Source: a virus
Taxonomy: Duplodnaviria; Caudoviricetes
Direction: 5' to 3' (one strand)
Length of the DNA stretch: 59,021 nt
IMG/VR virus record: IMGVR_UViG_3300047669_002431
Span: 1 to 59,021 of that record
In this document: positions 10,743 through 20,668 of the stretch, piece by piece
Numbering within the stretch: the first letter of the stretch is position 1
Layout: every line of letters starts with the position of its first letter
Position numbers and translations under genes: made by a program
Notes under the pieces: generated by a model
What the model saw: only the letters and a program-made list of their open reading frames with translations
Database searches by the model: none
Told to the model about the DNA's origin: nothing

Positions 10743-11302
10743 CAAAAGTCAAAATTTTCAGGCTCTTTATCTTCAGTAGGCTGAATAGCCTTTTTAACTT
10801 TAGGTTCAGGAGAGGGCTCTTCATTTTCGCTTTCTCCAAATGATTTAAAGCTTTTTCTGACCATTTCATCAAAATAAATTGATAGGGAGCGTGCTTCAGC
10901 TTTACTAAAGCCAATTCTAAATTGGACTTGGTTCGTAGAGTCCTCTTTATCTTCTTTTGTAACCGAAAGAGCGTAGCCGTTCCTTCCGTCTTTAGAGGTT
11001 ATAGGGACAAAGCTAAATTTTACAATTTGCTTTTGGCTAGAATGGTATCCATTAACTCCCGCATCTTTTAATTCAATATTATTCTCTATAACTTCAATAA
11101 AGCCGCAAACTTCTACGGCATTAAATTTAACGCGGGCGTGCTTGTTGGTATCGCGATTAGCGGCAAAAGAGCCTCTTTTCTTGTTGGAGTCCCAAGCGGA
11201 CTGCTTTAATAAACTGCACCAAAAAGACCCGTCCTTACTATTGAGCCAGAAAGAACAAGCGGTTCCGGTATTACTAGGGTTTGCTTTAAAGAAGCTTAAC
11301 AT
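10742..11302 (-). CDS. Putative ssDNA-binding protein (PC4/Whirly-like) with acidic tail
   Basis: Beta-rich core; acidic, Pro-rich tail ending EPENFDF; lies downstream of the polymerase gene. Confidence 0.4.
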   Translation of the reverse strand: MLSFFKANPSNTGTACSFWLNSKDGSFWCSLLKQSAWDSNKKRGSFAANRDTNKHARVKFNAVEVCGFIEVIENNIELKDAGVNGYHSSQKQIVKFSFVPITSKDGRNGYALSVTKEDKEDSTNQVQFRIGFSKAEARSLSIYFDEMVRKSFKSFGESENEEPSPEPKVKKAIQPTEDKEPENFDF

Positions 11303-11337
11303 GGGTATATAATATTTTTTTTATCTCTAAATGTCAA
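11303..11337 (-). promoter_or_regulatory. sigma70-type promoter, leaderless
   Basis: TTGACA-17-TATTAT-6 nt-ATG(11302). Confidence 0.75.
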
Positions 11338-13891
11338 GGATTTCTTCAACGTCTTCTGAGCCCCTTATTTGAGATAATTTTGTAAATACCTTTTCGCTTT
11401 TAACGACGATATCGTCAGCAAAAATCACATCTTCGAATTTAGTGCCTTGAACAAGAATTATATCATTTGCTTTAGCTCGGTATTTACTTTTAAAAGAATC
11501 CATCTTCTCATTAAAGATCATTACTTTTATAGAACCAGAATCATCGCTTACCTGCATACGCATGTAACGACTTTTCTTGGCTGAGCGTGAAACTCCGCTG
11601 TACGGGTCTTCTTCGAGGGAGCCTACAAATTTAACTTTATGTCGCAAAGGGACCTCGCAAGCCGTCCTTACCGAGATGAGCCCAGAGTGATCTTTGTCGA
11701 AAATATTTTTTAAAGATTTGTTATAGGTATATCCGAGTAAAAATTTTTCGTAATACCAGTTAGCGAAAGACTCAGACACTTTATTAATATGGAAAATTTT
11801 AGCATATGGAGCGGATTTTTTTCTAATAGTTTCTACTCGGCTGTCTTTAATGAAGGGCTTTCCTTTTTCGTCTAAATTATCTTTTAAATATTTAATTATA
11901 TCTACTAAATTATAATTAAATTTACCCCCAAGTCTTTGGCACAGGGTTTTCTCTTTAGAGGTGAGGATATTCCAGAGCTGAGATTCGTATACGACCTTAG
12001 TCCTGCTTTGTTTAAAATCTCCCTCTAGAGCTCCTGCTTGGATAAGAGCACACAAAGAGCCGATGTTAAGTCCGGCTTGCTTAGCTGCTTCGAAGATTTC
12101 AAATTTTGATTCGTATTCTTGCTTGAAGGACGCGAGTTTTTCTATAGATTTATCAGATATTCCCTTGATAGAGAGTAGGCCGAATCTAATATCCTTCCCT
12201 TCAGCGCTAAAGTCCATTTTAGACTTAGTTAAATGGGGAGGTAATAGTTTAATTTCAAATATATCCATTTCTTTATGAATCTTCGAAATTTCATTAATTG
12301 GATCAGGCTCGTGTCGAGTCATCTTAAGCAAGCTTAAGAAAAATTGTTGAGGATGGTTAAATTTTAAATATACCGTTATAGCGGCTAGGGCAGCGTACGA
12401 AATAGAGTGAGACTTGTTAAAGGAGTAATTAGCTGAGTCTTCTAAGATTTTCCATAGCACGTCTCCCACGTCTTCAGAAAGGCCATTTTCTGTTATTTTG
12501 TCTTTAATTTTCTTTTTCCATTTTCTTACTTCAGACACCTTCTTTTTGCCTACGATACGACGTAAGATTTCAGCCTCATCTAATGTGAACCCTATTTTAT
12601 GAGCCATTTTCATTAACTGCTCTTGGTACAAGGCTACGCCTCCAGTTGATGTCAAGATGTCATCAAAGAAGGGGTGGATAGCCTCGTATACATCATTATT
12701 TGTATAATTAGCGTACTGGTCAACAAACGCCAAGGCTCCGGGGCGAGCAAGAGCTAAAACAGCGCTTAGCTCATCAAGGTTTTTAGGTTTGACTTTTCGA
12801 CAAACTTTAAAATTTGTTTCCGCTTCAATTTGAAAAAGTCCATGAGGGGAGCGTAAATCATATAAATTTTGATAAATACTTTCGTGAGCAAGGTCTATGT
12901 CTGTAGCTTTAATTCCGACTTTCTTGCAGACATCGTCAACTACGGAAACGGCCCTTAGCCCAAGTATGTCTAATTTTACATTAGAGATTGACGCCCAGTT
13001 CATGTCGAATGAAACTACAGAGCTTTTTTTATCGGAGGTAAGCTCTAAGGGACAGCTTTCTTCTAGTGGGTCGTAAGATATGATGACGGCAGATGGGTGA
13101 ACCCCTTTATTTTTAACTAAGCCTCGCAGCTTTAAGGCTATGTCGTACACTTCTTCGTTCTCCTCGCACCAATCGCGAAAATCTTCGACCTCCTCGCGGG
13201 CTTCTCTTATATCTTTTACTTGACCAAATACTTTAGGAATCATCGCAGAGACAGTGTTCATCTCTGTTTCTGTTTTTGCTCCCGCGATCTTGCCGCATTC
13301 TTTTATTAGGAGCTTTGCGCTTAAAGTGTTAAAGGTTAAAATTTTGCTAGTTTTTCCAGAGAATTTTTCCGCTAAATATCGTAAAACTCTTTGGCGATTG
13401 TAATAGCAAATATCCAAATCTACATCGCACATTAGAGCTCCGTCTAGGTAGATAACGCCATCCACCTCCTTTTTTTTAGCTCTAATTTTAGAGACAAATC
13501 TTTCAAAGAATAGGTCATTTTCTACAGGGTCAATTTTAGTAACGCCCATTAAATATAAAATAAGACTACCAGCCGCGCTTCCCCTCCCTAGTCCGGTAGG
13601 AATCATTTCTTGATTGCAATAGTTAATTACGTCCCATACCAATAGGATATAATCAATAAAGCCTAAATCTTTTAAGGTAGAGAACTCATATTTAAATCTT
13701 TCTATATATTTTTCATTATATACGTTTTTATCTTTTAAGGCTTTAATGCAAACGCTTTTTACAAACTCTTCATTATTTAGGTTTTCGCTTAACTTTAAGC
13801 TTCTTTTTTGCTCATTAGAAACTTTAAAGGAAGGAAGTCTTACTCCATGCAGGGGGAGATTTATTTTTTTAATTTTACTTAAAGCGTTCAT
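11327..13891 (-). CDS. dnaE: DNA polymerase III alpha catalytic subunit lacking the N-terminal PHP domain
   Basis: GRGSAAGS, CDVDLD, KLDILGL, YQEQLM, YSFNKSH, IRFGLLSIKGI motifs; C-terminal OB-like region. Confidence 0.93.
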   Translation of the reverse strand: MNALSKIKKINLPLHGVRLPSFKVSNEQKRSLKLSENLNNEEFVKSVCIKALKDKNVYNEKYIERFKYEFSTLKDLGFIDYILLVWDVINYCNQEMIPTGLGRGSAAGSLILYLMGVTKIDPVENDLFFERFVSKIRAKKKEVDGVIYLDGALMCDVDLDICYYNRQRVLRYLAEKFSGKTSKILTFNTLSAKLLIKECGKIAGAKTETEMNTVSAMIPKVFGQVKDIREAREEVEDFRDWCEENEEVYDIALKLRGLVKNKGVHPSAVIISYDPLEESCPLELTSDKKSSVVSFDMNWASISNVKLDILGLRAVSVVDDVCKKVGIKATDIDLAHESIYQNLYDLRSPHGLFQIEAETNFKVCRKVKPKNLDELSAVLALARPGALAFVDQYANYTNNDVYEAIHPFFDDILTSTGGVALYQEQLMKMAHKIGFTLDEAEILRRIVGKKKVSEVRKWKKKIKDKITENGLSEDVGDVLWKILEDSANYSFNKSHSISYAALAAITVYLKFNHPQQFFLSLLKMTRHEPDPINEISKIHKEMDIFEIKLLPPHLTKSKMDFSAEGKDIRFGLLSIKGISDKSIEKLASFKQEYESKFEIFEAAKQAGLNIGSLCALIQAGALEGDFKQSRTKVVYESQLWNILTSKEKTLCQRLGGKFNYNLVDIIKYLKDNLDEKGKPFIKDSRVETIRKKSAPYAKIFHINKVSESFANWYYEKFLLGYTYNKSLKNIFDKDHSGLISVRTACEVPLRHKVKFVGSLEEDPYSGVSRSAKKSRYMRMQVSDDSGSIKVMIFNEKMDSFKSKYRAKANDIILVQGTKFEDVIFADDIVVKSEKVFTKLSQIRGSEDVEEILDI

Positions 13892-14595
13892 TAGTTATTG
13901 TGTATGAAATCTATGGAGTAAGTCCGGTAAATTTTTTTGCCCTCTTTTTTAATTGCAGCGACACATTGCACGCAAAACTCTCCGTCCGCGATTGCCGTGG
14001 GGTTTAATTTAAATTTTTTAGCAAAGCTCGTTTTGACGATGAATTGCCCCATATCTATATGCCCTATTTGAATGGTCGGATTATTAACGTAATTTAGTCT
14101 AAGCTCAGGCTTCATGGGATCGGTTTTTTGTAAAATGCAAGGGCAAGCGACTAGAGCGATATCTTTGTCTTTGCTTATTTCGTTTTTCATGTTTTGGGTA
14201 AAGTTAGGAGTATAGTAATTGTCTCCGTTCGTTAAAAGAAGCCATTCTGAATTTAAATATTTTTCTATAATTATGTTCCTTAAGCTATGCCCGTAGTCAT
14301 TATATCGAGACTCCGTAGTTAGAAGAACTATCCTCTCGTCTGCGAGGTATTTATCATTAACTAAACTTAAATATAAATCTTTACTTATTGGTCCATCATG
14401 CAGAATAACCATTTTCCAGTTTTTGCTAATTTGAGCTTTGAAGGAGTTAATTAGAGTCTTTAGTAAGTAGTCTTGGCCGTAAGTGACGACTCCAATTGTA
14501 ATTAAATCTTTTCTATTACGCCATTGATCAAGTTTTTTCACGGAGTCTTCCGTTAAAAAAGTCAAATCCTTACTAAATGCAGGGGCGTCTTCCAT
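13891..14595 (-). CDS. GT2-like glycosyltransferase
   Basis: ITIGVVTY, ILHDGP, NDYGHSLRN, TNGDNYY motifs. Confidence 0.75.
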   Translation of the reverse strand: MEDAPAFSKDLTFLTEDSVKKLDQWRNRKDLITIGVVTYGQDYLLKTLINSFKAQISKNWKMVILHDGPISKDLYLSLVNDKYLADERIVLLTTESRYNDYGHSLRNIIIEKYLNSEWLLLTNGDNYYTPNFTQNMKNEISKDKDIALVACPCILQKTDPMKPELRLNYVNNPTIQIGHIDMGQFIVKTSFAKKFKLNPTAIADGEFCVQCVAAIKKEGKKIYRTYSIDFIHNN

Positions 14596-15233
14596 TATAT
14601 TTCAAATTTCCATTTCAATTTATCCCAGACCTTTACGTTAAGCTCCAAATCGACTAAGGCATTATGAAGGTTCTCATAATTATGATCAATGTCGTAAGAT
14701 TGGCCTAAAGCCTTGAGTGAGGTCCTAACGCCCTTTTTTATCTTATGAATCATCCGGTATTGATACTCCATGAAATCGTCTTTTGGATTATACTTTACCT
14801 CATGGCCTATCCCACGTCCAAGGCTTAAAGTATCTATTACTTTATTTACTAAAGGAGAGTAATCTTTACTCATATAATCATAAAAAGATTTTATTAAATA
14901 AATATCAAACCCTAAAATATTATGCCCTAAAACGTGATCTGAGCCGTCAAGCCAATCTTCTATAGTGGGAAACGCTTCTTCGGGGGTGATACCCTTCTTA
15001 TCTAGCTTAGATTGGCTGAATTTCGTGATTACAGCGGCTTCTTTGCTAATCTTAAGGTGAGTGTCCCATTTAATGTAAAAGTCCTTAGAATCGATTACAC
15101 GGCCCCCTTTCACCTTAATCATGGCGATTTGCCAAGGGAGATTATGGCACGAGTGCAAACAGAGGTTCAGAGTCTCACAGTCAATGAAAACTAACTCTTT
15201 TTCTTTATCAAATCTAAGTAGATGTTCGTCCAT
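14595..15233 (-). CDS. DEDDh 3'-5' exonuclease (Pol III epsilon/PolC-exo-like)
   Basis: ExoI IDCET, ExoII GHNILGFD, ExoIII HNALVD. Confidence 0.88.
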   Translation of the reverse strand: MDEHLLRFDKEKELVFIDCETLNLCLHSCHNLPWQIAMIKVKGGRVIDSKDFYIKWDTHLKISKEAAVITKFSQSKLDKKGITPEEAFPTIEDWLDGSDHVLGHNILGFDIYLIKSFYDYMSKDYSPLVNKVIDTLSLGRGIGHEVKYNPKDDFMEYQYRMIHKIKKGVRTSLKALGQSYDIDHNYENLHNALVDLELNVKVWDKLKWKFEI

Positions 15234-15236
15234 TAT

Positions 15237-15812
15237 TTAAAAATCAAAGGGGTCTACGTACGCTTCGGATATTAATGTTTTATGTAAGCCGGATATAGGC
15301 AAATTGTACATATCCACTAAAGTGGTAAAGTCGTTCGAACTGTCTTTACGACCTTTTTCCCAAAGTTCGGCGGCTTGCCAGAATTCTTCGTATGACATAT
15401 CGCCGCAGTACCATACATTTATTAGTCCATAATATTGTTTTCCGCCTTTTCTTTGTAGGCCTTCGGCTGCTTCTCCATAATAGTCACTTTTTTTAAATTG
15501 CAAACTTATAAAAGCATACCTATCGGGCTTTTGATGATTGCTGGTTTTTGCTACGGATACATCATAATAACTTTTTGGTTTTACTATTCGCCTTTTCGTT
15601 TTAACTTCGATAGTTTCACCGTTACATTTAATATCGTGGTTATATTTATCACTTGGCGTTTTGACATTCAAGTAAGTGCTTAACGCTAATTCTCCAACTC
15701 TACCAGCGGCATTTCCTCGACCACTCGTTATGGAATTATTTAAAGTGCCAAGTTCTGTAGCCCACCTCTTTGCTTCGTTTATCATTTCTTGCGTATGTGG
15801 TAATATAACCAT
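15237..15812 (-). CDS. Putative PD-(D/E)XK restriction-like endonuclease
   Basis: GRVGELA...HDIKCNGETIEVKTK motif; ATG at 15812 abuts the upstream stop. Confidence 0.55.
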   Translation of the reverse strand: MVILPHTQEMINEAKRWATELGTLNNSITSGRGNAAGRVGELALSTYLNVKTPSDKYNHDIKCNGETIEVKTKRRIVKPKSYYDVSVAKTSNHQKPDRYAFISLQFKKSDYYGEAAEGLQRKGGKQYYGLINVWYCGDMSYEEFWQAAELWEKGRKDSSNDFTTLVDMYNLPISGLHKTLISEAYVDPFDF

Positions 15813-15814
15813 TT

Positions 15815-16567
15815 TTACGCTTTCCATTTTTCAAAACAAAATTCATCGCTACACATGTGATCAAGATTGGGCTTATCGAGACTCGTTCTTTTATCAATAC
15901 AGCGAAAGGTTAGGTAAGCTTTGAAATCTTTTTTATTAGCGTAGTAAATGCTTTGAGTTTTTACTTTTTCAAATTCGTCTTTGCAGTATCTATTTACGCG
16001 GCTCAAAATTAAATGATCGAAAGGTAGGGAGTTATTTTCTATGCAAAATACGGGCTTGGTAAAAGAAATGTCAGGTATACAGTTGTAGCCCATTATAGAA
16101 TTTAGATGCAAAAAGGAGTCGTAAAACGGAACGCATAAGATTAAATCTTTATCACTCCACGCTTCTCTCAAGGTGTCATAATCTGCTCTGGGTTGATAGT
16201 AAAACCCCTCAAGAGCAGCTTTAGAGTAAATTTTAATTAATCGTTGGTAGCCGGATTTATTTTTAGCAAAAACTATGAACTTGCACGTCTCCTTCCTCGC
16301 CGACTCTTCTTTTTTAGTTAAATCATGGCATACGTTAAGCCTTAATCCGAAATTTAATTTAAGTTTATTTTCAGCGGAGTTTACGTGAGCTTGAAGGAAC
16401 CCGCTCATGCTGTCTTCCACCAAGTAGAACTCCTTCAAGTCGTTATCCTTGCAAAGCTTTATTACGGAATCAGGACCTTCATCAATTACGTCTTCGGGCT
16501 TTTCTAAATTTAAGATAGACCTTCCAATGCTGTAATGGGATTTAAAAAATGGTAGAGATTTTTCCAC
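15815..16567 (-). CDS. Stand-alone PHP domain of Pol III alpha
   Basis: KSHYSIGRSI, LVEDSMSG, FGLRL, FAKNKSGYQRLIKIYS, GFYYQPRAD match the DnaE N-terminus. Confidence 0.85.
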   Translation of the reverse strand: MEKSLPFFKSHYSIGRSILNLEKPEDVIDEGPDSVIKLCKDNDLKEFYLVEDSMSGFLQAHVNSAENKLKLNFGLRLNVCHDLTKKEESARKETCKFIVFAKNKSGYQRLIKIYSKAALEGFYYQPRADYDTLREAWSDKDLILCVPFYDSFLHLNSIMGYNCIPDISFTKPVFCIENNSLPFDHLILSRVNRYCKDEFEKVKTQSIYYANKKDFKAYLTFRCIDKRTSLDKPNLDHMCSDEFCFEKWKA

Positions 16568-16604
16568 AGAGCTTTATTAAAGCGTTTTTATAAATTAATG
16601 TCAA
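16568..16604 (-). promoter_or_regulatory. sigma70-type promoter, near-leaderless
   Basis: TTGACA-17-TTTAAT-8 nt-GTG(16567). Confidence 0.5.
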
Positions 16605-17602
16605 TCCATAAAGTCAAATGCGTCATGACTTCGAGTGTGCGCTGGACACCCTTTGTAGGAGCTCAATTTAACTTTGCCTTTTGATTCGTCGAGAGACTCC
16701 TTGTCAAAGGCATTTTTTATAACGTCTCCATTTGAGTTTATTAGCGAGTAATATTCAAAGTCAAATTTAAACGGACAATGCCACATTAAATCACCATTTT
16801 TCTTTAGCTGCCCCTTGTGTTTGGCGAAGCCGCAATTAAGTGGCCCGCAAAAGCCTTCATCCCTTTTCGGCATCGGATGACTTGAGGCGAAATTGCTTTT
16901 AGCATCTGATTCTGAAAAATTATTAATAATTTTATAAATATGCTCTAAATAATATTCGAAACCGGAGAGCTGCTCTTTTGTGAAGCGTATTTGCTGAGCT
17001 GGACTCTTAGGGAATCGTAAAAATAAAAACTCGACAATGACGCTTTTCAATTTAGGCCATAGCGTTTTAGACGCGAGAGTGTAAGTCATCGCTTGGACAT
17101 TGGATTTAAGCTCTTTTTCGTTAAATTTACTTTTACTAGATTTATAGTCTACAATTTTAAGTTTTCTCGCATATTCTATAGGCTTATCCATGAAGCCTCG
17201 TATTTTATATTCTGGCTTTTTATTTTCAATAAGAAATTCTTTTTCAGGAGAATTCACGACCCCTTTGGAGCCGTAAAAGTCATTGTCTAAGCCTACTAAA
17301 ATCATCTCCTCGCACATTAAATAATTTTCTTCAGAATATCCCTCTTCTTTAATAAGGGATTTTTTTACAAGTCTTTTAATTGCTGGAGATGCGTCGAGAG
17401 TAGCCGCCCCCATTATAAGGCTAAAATGTTTTTTATGACGAGGCTTAACTAAAAGCTCAAAAATTAGGTGGCAAACCGTTCCTCGTCTTGCTCCGTCGTT
17501 ATTGGACTGAGGGAGCTTGAGGTGGTAATTACACCAATATTTCCAAGAGCAAGACTCGAAGGTTTTTATCTTGGAGGCGGATAGTATTTGTTTTTCAGTC
17601 AT
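16601..17602 (-). CDS. RecB/AddB/Cas4-like PD-(D/E)XK exonuclease, possible Fe-S cluster
   Basis: LSASKIKTFESC, GTVCH, RGFMD, IVDYKS, QAMTY motifs; C-terminal cysteines. Confidence 0.85.
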   Translation of the reverse strand: MTEKQILSASKIKTFESCSWKYWCNYHLKLPQSNNDGARRGTVCHLIFELLVKPRHKKHFSLIMGAATLDASPAIKRLVKKSLIKEEGYSEENYLMCEEMILVGLDNDFYGSKGVVNSPEKEFLIENKKPEYKIRGFMDKPIEYARKLKIVDYKSSKSKFNEKELKSNVQAMTYTLASKTLWPKLKSVIVEFLFLRFPKSPAQQIRFTKEQLSGFEYYLEHIYKIINNFSESDAKSNFASSHPMPKRDEGFCGPLNCGFAKHKGQLKKNGDLMWHCPFKFDFEYYSLINSNGDVIKNAFDKESLDESKGKVKLSSYKGCPAHTRSHDAFDFMD

Positions 17603-18213
17603 TATTTAAAGGGCATTCCGGATACCCATAAAACTAAAGAATTTCTTAAGCCTTTAGTCACGGGGTGGACTTTATGAAGGCAAAAAGAAGGGAATAGCAA
17701 CACCGTTCCTTTCTTTTTTTCAGCCACATAAGAGCTAGAGCTAGTTTTAAGCTCTAATTCGCCTCCTTCATAATCTTCTGGATCACTTAGTTGAATTACG
17801 ACGCTAATCTTGCGCTGCACTCCGTAAGAGCCATCTATGTCTAAGTGGTAGTCGTAGAAGTCTCCATTCTCTCCTTTAGGAGCGCATGTGTAAGTAGTAT
17901 ATTGAGCGTCTTCCCAAAATCCTATTAAGTCAAACTTCCAGAGCTCACGATTTGCTTTATGAGCTAGGCTCAATAACGCCTTGTAAACCCATTCGTTTTT
18001 TTGAGCGGAGCGCGGCAGCCATGATACTGATCCTTGGCGGCTTTTATCGCTTTCTCCTTGTCCGAAGGTTTTTGCTTTTTCGTTAGTTAGGGAGTTTCCT
18101 GTGCTTTTTATTTTTTCTATTTCTTTGTCGGTAAAAACGTCGCTTCCACCATAATACGTGCAAAATGATCTTTGAGCTCCTAATTCAGTTGAGTTTATAA
18201 AGCAGGTTTCCAT
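17602..18213 (-). CDS. 2OG-Fe(II) oxygenase (PKHD/prolyl-hydroxylase-like)
   Basis: YDYHLD, RKIS, YEGGEL, FPSFCLHKVHPVTKGLRNSLVLW. Confidence 0.9.
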   Translation of the reverse strand: METCFINSTELGAQRSFCTYYGGSDVFTDKEIEKIKSTGNSLTNEKAKTFGQGESDKSRQGSVSWLPRSAQKNEWVYKALLSLAHKANRELWKFDLIGFWEDAQYTTYTCAPKGENGDFYDYHLDIDGSYGVQRKISVVIQLSDPEDYEGGELELKTSSSSYVAEKKKGTVLLFPSFCLHKVHPVTKGLRNSLVLWVSGMPFK

Positions 18214-18214
18214 T

Positions 18215-19096
18215 TTAATTATTTTTTAATTGCTTATGCCATTCTTTAATTTGATCAGGTGTCATTTCCCCAAAGTCTTTTCCGGAAGCTAGAGCGATTT
18301 TAATTTTTTCTTGATCAAAGTGCTTTAAGAGCTTACCTCTTACTTTTACGGCGGCATTTTTACCTGCGCCAGAGTCGTCGTTATCAAAAGAGATATAGAT
18401 TTTTTTAGGCCTTATTTTAAATAAGAAATTTAGAATAGAATTATTTATGTTTAAGCCAAAACTTACCAACGTATTCTTGATTCCGCAATCCCATAGTTTT
18501 AACATGTCTCCGATGCCTTCTACGAAAATTACTTCTTTACTCTTTTTTAAATATTTTAAATTAAAGAAGGCCGGATATACCCATCGCGACGTATTGCCTC
18601 TATGAAACCATTTAATGCGATTGTTGTTCACGCTTCTTCCGGTAAACCCAACAATGCGCTCTTGAGAGTTAAAGATTGGAAAAACATATCTATTAGCCAT
18701 TTTGCCTGAAGATACGACGCCCCCTTTAAATAAAGTCATTGCAGAGTCGCTTATGCCTCTTTCTACCCAGTATTGGTGGTTTGGGATAAGCTTGGAGAGT
18801 AGGGAACTTTCAAAGAATTCGGGACAATTAAGCGTATCATAAATTTCAATTTTTTGAGCGGAGGATTGGGTAAAGTTATGTCGATCTTTTAGCCATTTTT
18901 TTGAGTCTTCAACGCTGAGATTTAAGGTCTCTTTTACTAAGTAAGCTAAAGGTCCTCCGGAGTTAGTTTTGTAGTTATACCAGTTGCCGTTTTTTTTATC
19001 TATAGTTAGGTGAAGCTTATCGCCATAGCGATAATCTCGACTGTAATCTTTTACGCCCTTCAGACCTAAGTCGCCTAATATTTCCTTAACATTCAT
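18215..19096 (-). CDS. dnaG: DnaG-type DNA primase (TOPRIM)
   Basis: RYVFPI, VGFTGR, FVEGIGD, SFDND, KDFGE; the N-terminal Zn ribbon looks degenerate. Confidence 0.85.
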   Translation of the reverse strand: MNVKEILGDLGLKGVKDYSRDYRYGDKLHLTIDKKNGNWYNYKTNSGGPLAYLVKETLNLSVEDSKKWLKDRHNFTQSSAQKIEIYDTLNCPEFFESSLLSKLIPNHQYWVERGISDSAMTLFKGGVVSSGKMANRYVFPIFNSQERIVGFTGRSVNNNRIKWFHRGNTSRWVYPAFFNLKYLKKSKEVIFVEGIGDMLKLWDCGIKNTLVSFGLNINNSILNFLFKIRPKKIYISFDNDDSGAGKNAAVKVRGKLLKHFDQEKIKIALASGKDFGEMTPDQIKEWHKQLKNN

Positions 19097-19107
19097 GAGT
19101 GGGAAGC

Positions 19108-20667
19108 CTAGAGAAGCTCGTTATTATTGTCGTTAGGATGCATGTCGTCAAGCATGAGTCCATTTTCAGCATGGGCCGTAATGTCTCGAAGAGTCCCTTT
19201 TTCTCTAATCTCAAAGTTATTAAAATGAAGGTTAAAAAAGTTGCGGTCAAGACGGTAGGTTCCGTTGGGCATTAATCGAGAAACTAAGTCTAGTCCTCCG
19301 GGAGCGTTTTCTCCTTGGCTGCGCCCCTTGAAGACGATCATCTTATGAGTTCCGAAACGCAAGTCATTAAATCCCATTCGGTTTATATTTTGAAAAACTT
19401 CTTCAGCTTCTTCATTGGTGATTCCCTCGTCTAATACGATTTCATCGGGGGTTTTGAGTCTTATTTCAGCCACGAATTCGGCGTACCGTTGGATGCGATC
19501 AGAGTCCGCGATAATAGTGCTGTCGTCCGTAACTCCATCCGCTGATCTATTGAAGGAATCGCCCTTGCGGTTCGCTTGAACAGCCGTCAACAAAATGGCG
19601 TTTATCTTACCGGAAATTTTATGTAGATTATCTATTAATTCTCCTAGAGCTTGGTGCTCGCTCCAGTTATTTTTAAGCATTTTAGAGTTACACTTCAAGT
19701 AGTCAAAAACTAAAACGCATGGATTTCCTTCCCCCACTTCATTGTAATACCATTCAAAAATGATTTGTCTCATTTCCTCAATTCCCTCTTCTGGAATATG
19801 CTTTATGTATAAAGGCATATCTTCATCTAGCTTTTCTACTTCTTCTTCGAATTTTACTGCGAGCTCAGGGTTGAACTTTACCTTTCCGGTTCTGATTGCG
19901 TAATTAGGAATTTTAGTTCTCATCGCAAAGAAGCGGTCTCTAACAAAGTCTTCGGGCATTTCCGTATCTAGGATTAGGGTGGGAAGGTTGTGATCTTTGC
20001 ATAAGTGATTGGAAAAGTAATGCAGAATGGTGCTTTTACCGATGCCTCCTCGACCAACGAATACATAAGTCATTTTAGGCTCGAACCCTCCGTAAGTAGA
20101 ATTAAACGTAGGGAAGGGGCTGGAGTACCCCATCATATCTATGGGATTATCTCTTCGATCAATTAAAACTTGCTTGTATCCTGAGAATATTTTTTTAGGT
20201 TGAGTCTCTTCATCGCTTGGTAGAATTATCTCATTGCTAATTTGTTGTAGCTCTTGAATGGTTTGAGTTTTATCGTCATTAGAAGACGAGGAGTAAATTT
20301 TAGTTTTTAAGCGATCAATTTTACTTTCAGCTTTGCGTAAAACATGATTAAAAGACAAATCTCTTACGAGCTCCTTTGCTCCGTCTGCGGAGATTTTGAA
20401 TAAATCAATATTATTGATATAGTCTTTAATGTCTACGCCATCTTTATCGAAGGCTCCAGCTTCAATGCATTTTTCGCCTATCACCACGGGATCGGTGGAG
20501 CCTCCGTGTAAAACTTGTAGCCTGAAAACGTCAAATATTTGTTTGTGAGTGGGGTGATGAAAGCTTTCTCGATTAATCCATGATTGGTTTTCTATATATA
20601 CTTGAGGGTGCTTAAGTAAAGAGTAAAGAGTTTCTCTTTCTAATTCGTTGCGGTATAATTTGCTCAT
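19108..20667 (-). CDS. dnaB: DnaB-type replicative helicase
   Basis: Walker A GRGGIGKS, LDTEM, VFDYL, AVQANR; DnaB N-terminal domain. Confidence 0.9.
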   Translation of the reverse strand: MSKLYRNELERETLYSLLKHPQVYIENQSWINRESFHHPTHKQIFDVFRLQVLHGGSTDPVVIGEKCIEAGAFDKDGVDIKDYINNIDLFKISADGAKELVRDLSFNHVLRKAESKIDRLKTKIYSSSSNDDKTQTIQELQQISNEIILPSDEETQPKKIFSGYKQVLIDRRDNPIDMMGYSSPFPTFNSTYGGFEPKMTYVFVGRGGIGKSTILHYFSNHLCKDHNLPTLILDTEMPEDFVRDRFFAMRTKIPNYAIRTGKVKFNPELAVKFEEEVEKLDEDMPLYIKHIPEEGIEEMRQIIFEWYYNEVGEGNPCVLVFDYLKCNSKMLKNNWSEHQALGELIDNLHKISGKINAILLTAVQANRKGDSFNRSADGVTDDSTIIADSDRIQRYAEFVAEIRLKTPDEIVLDEGITNEEAEEVFQNINRMGFNDLRFGTHKMIVFKGRSQGENAPGGLDLVSRLMPNGTYRLDRNFFNLHFNNFEIREKGTLRDITAHAENGLMLDDMHPNDNNNELL

Positions 20668-20668
20668 A

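Noticed and set aside
16601-17602. Cas4 as part of a CRISPR-Cas system
   Set aside because: No other cas genes or array; the replication context fits a stand-alone exonuclease.
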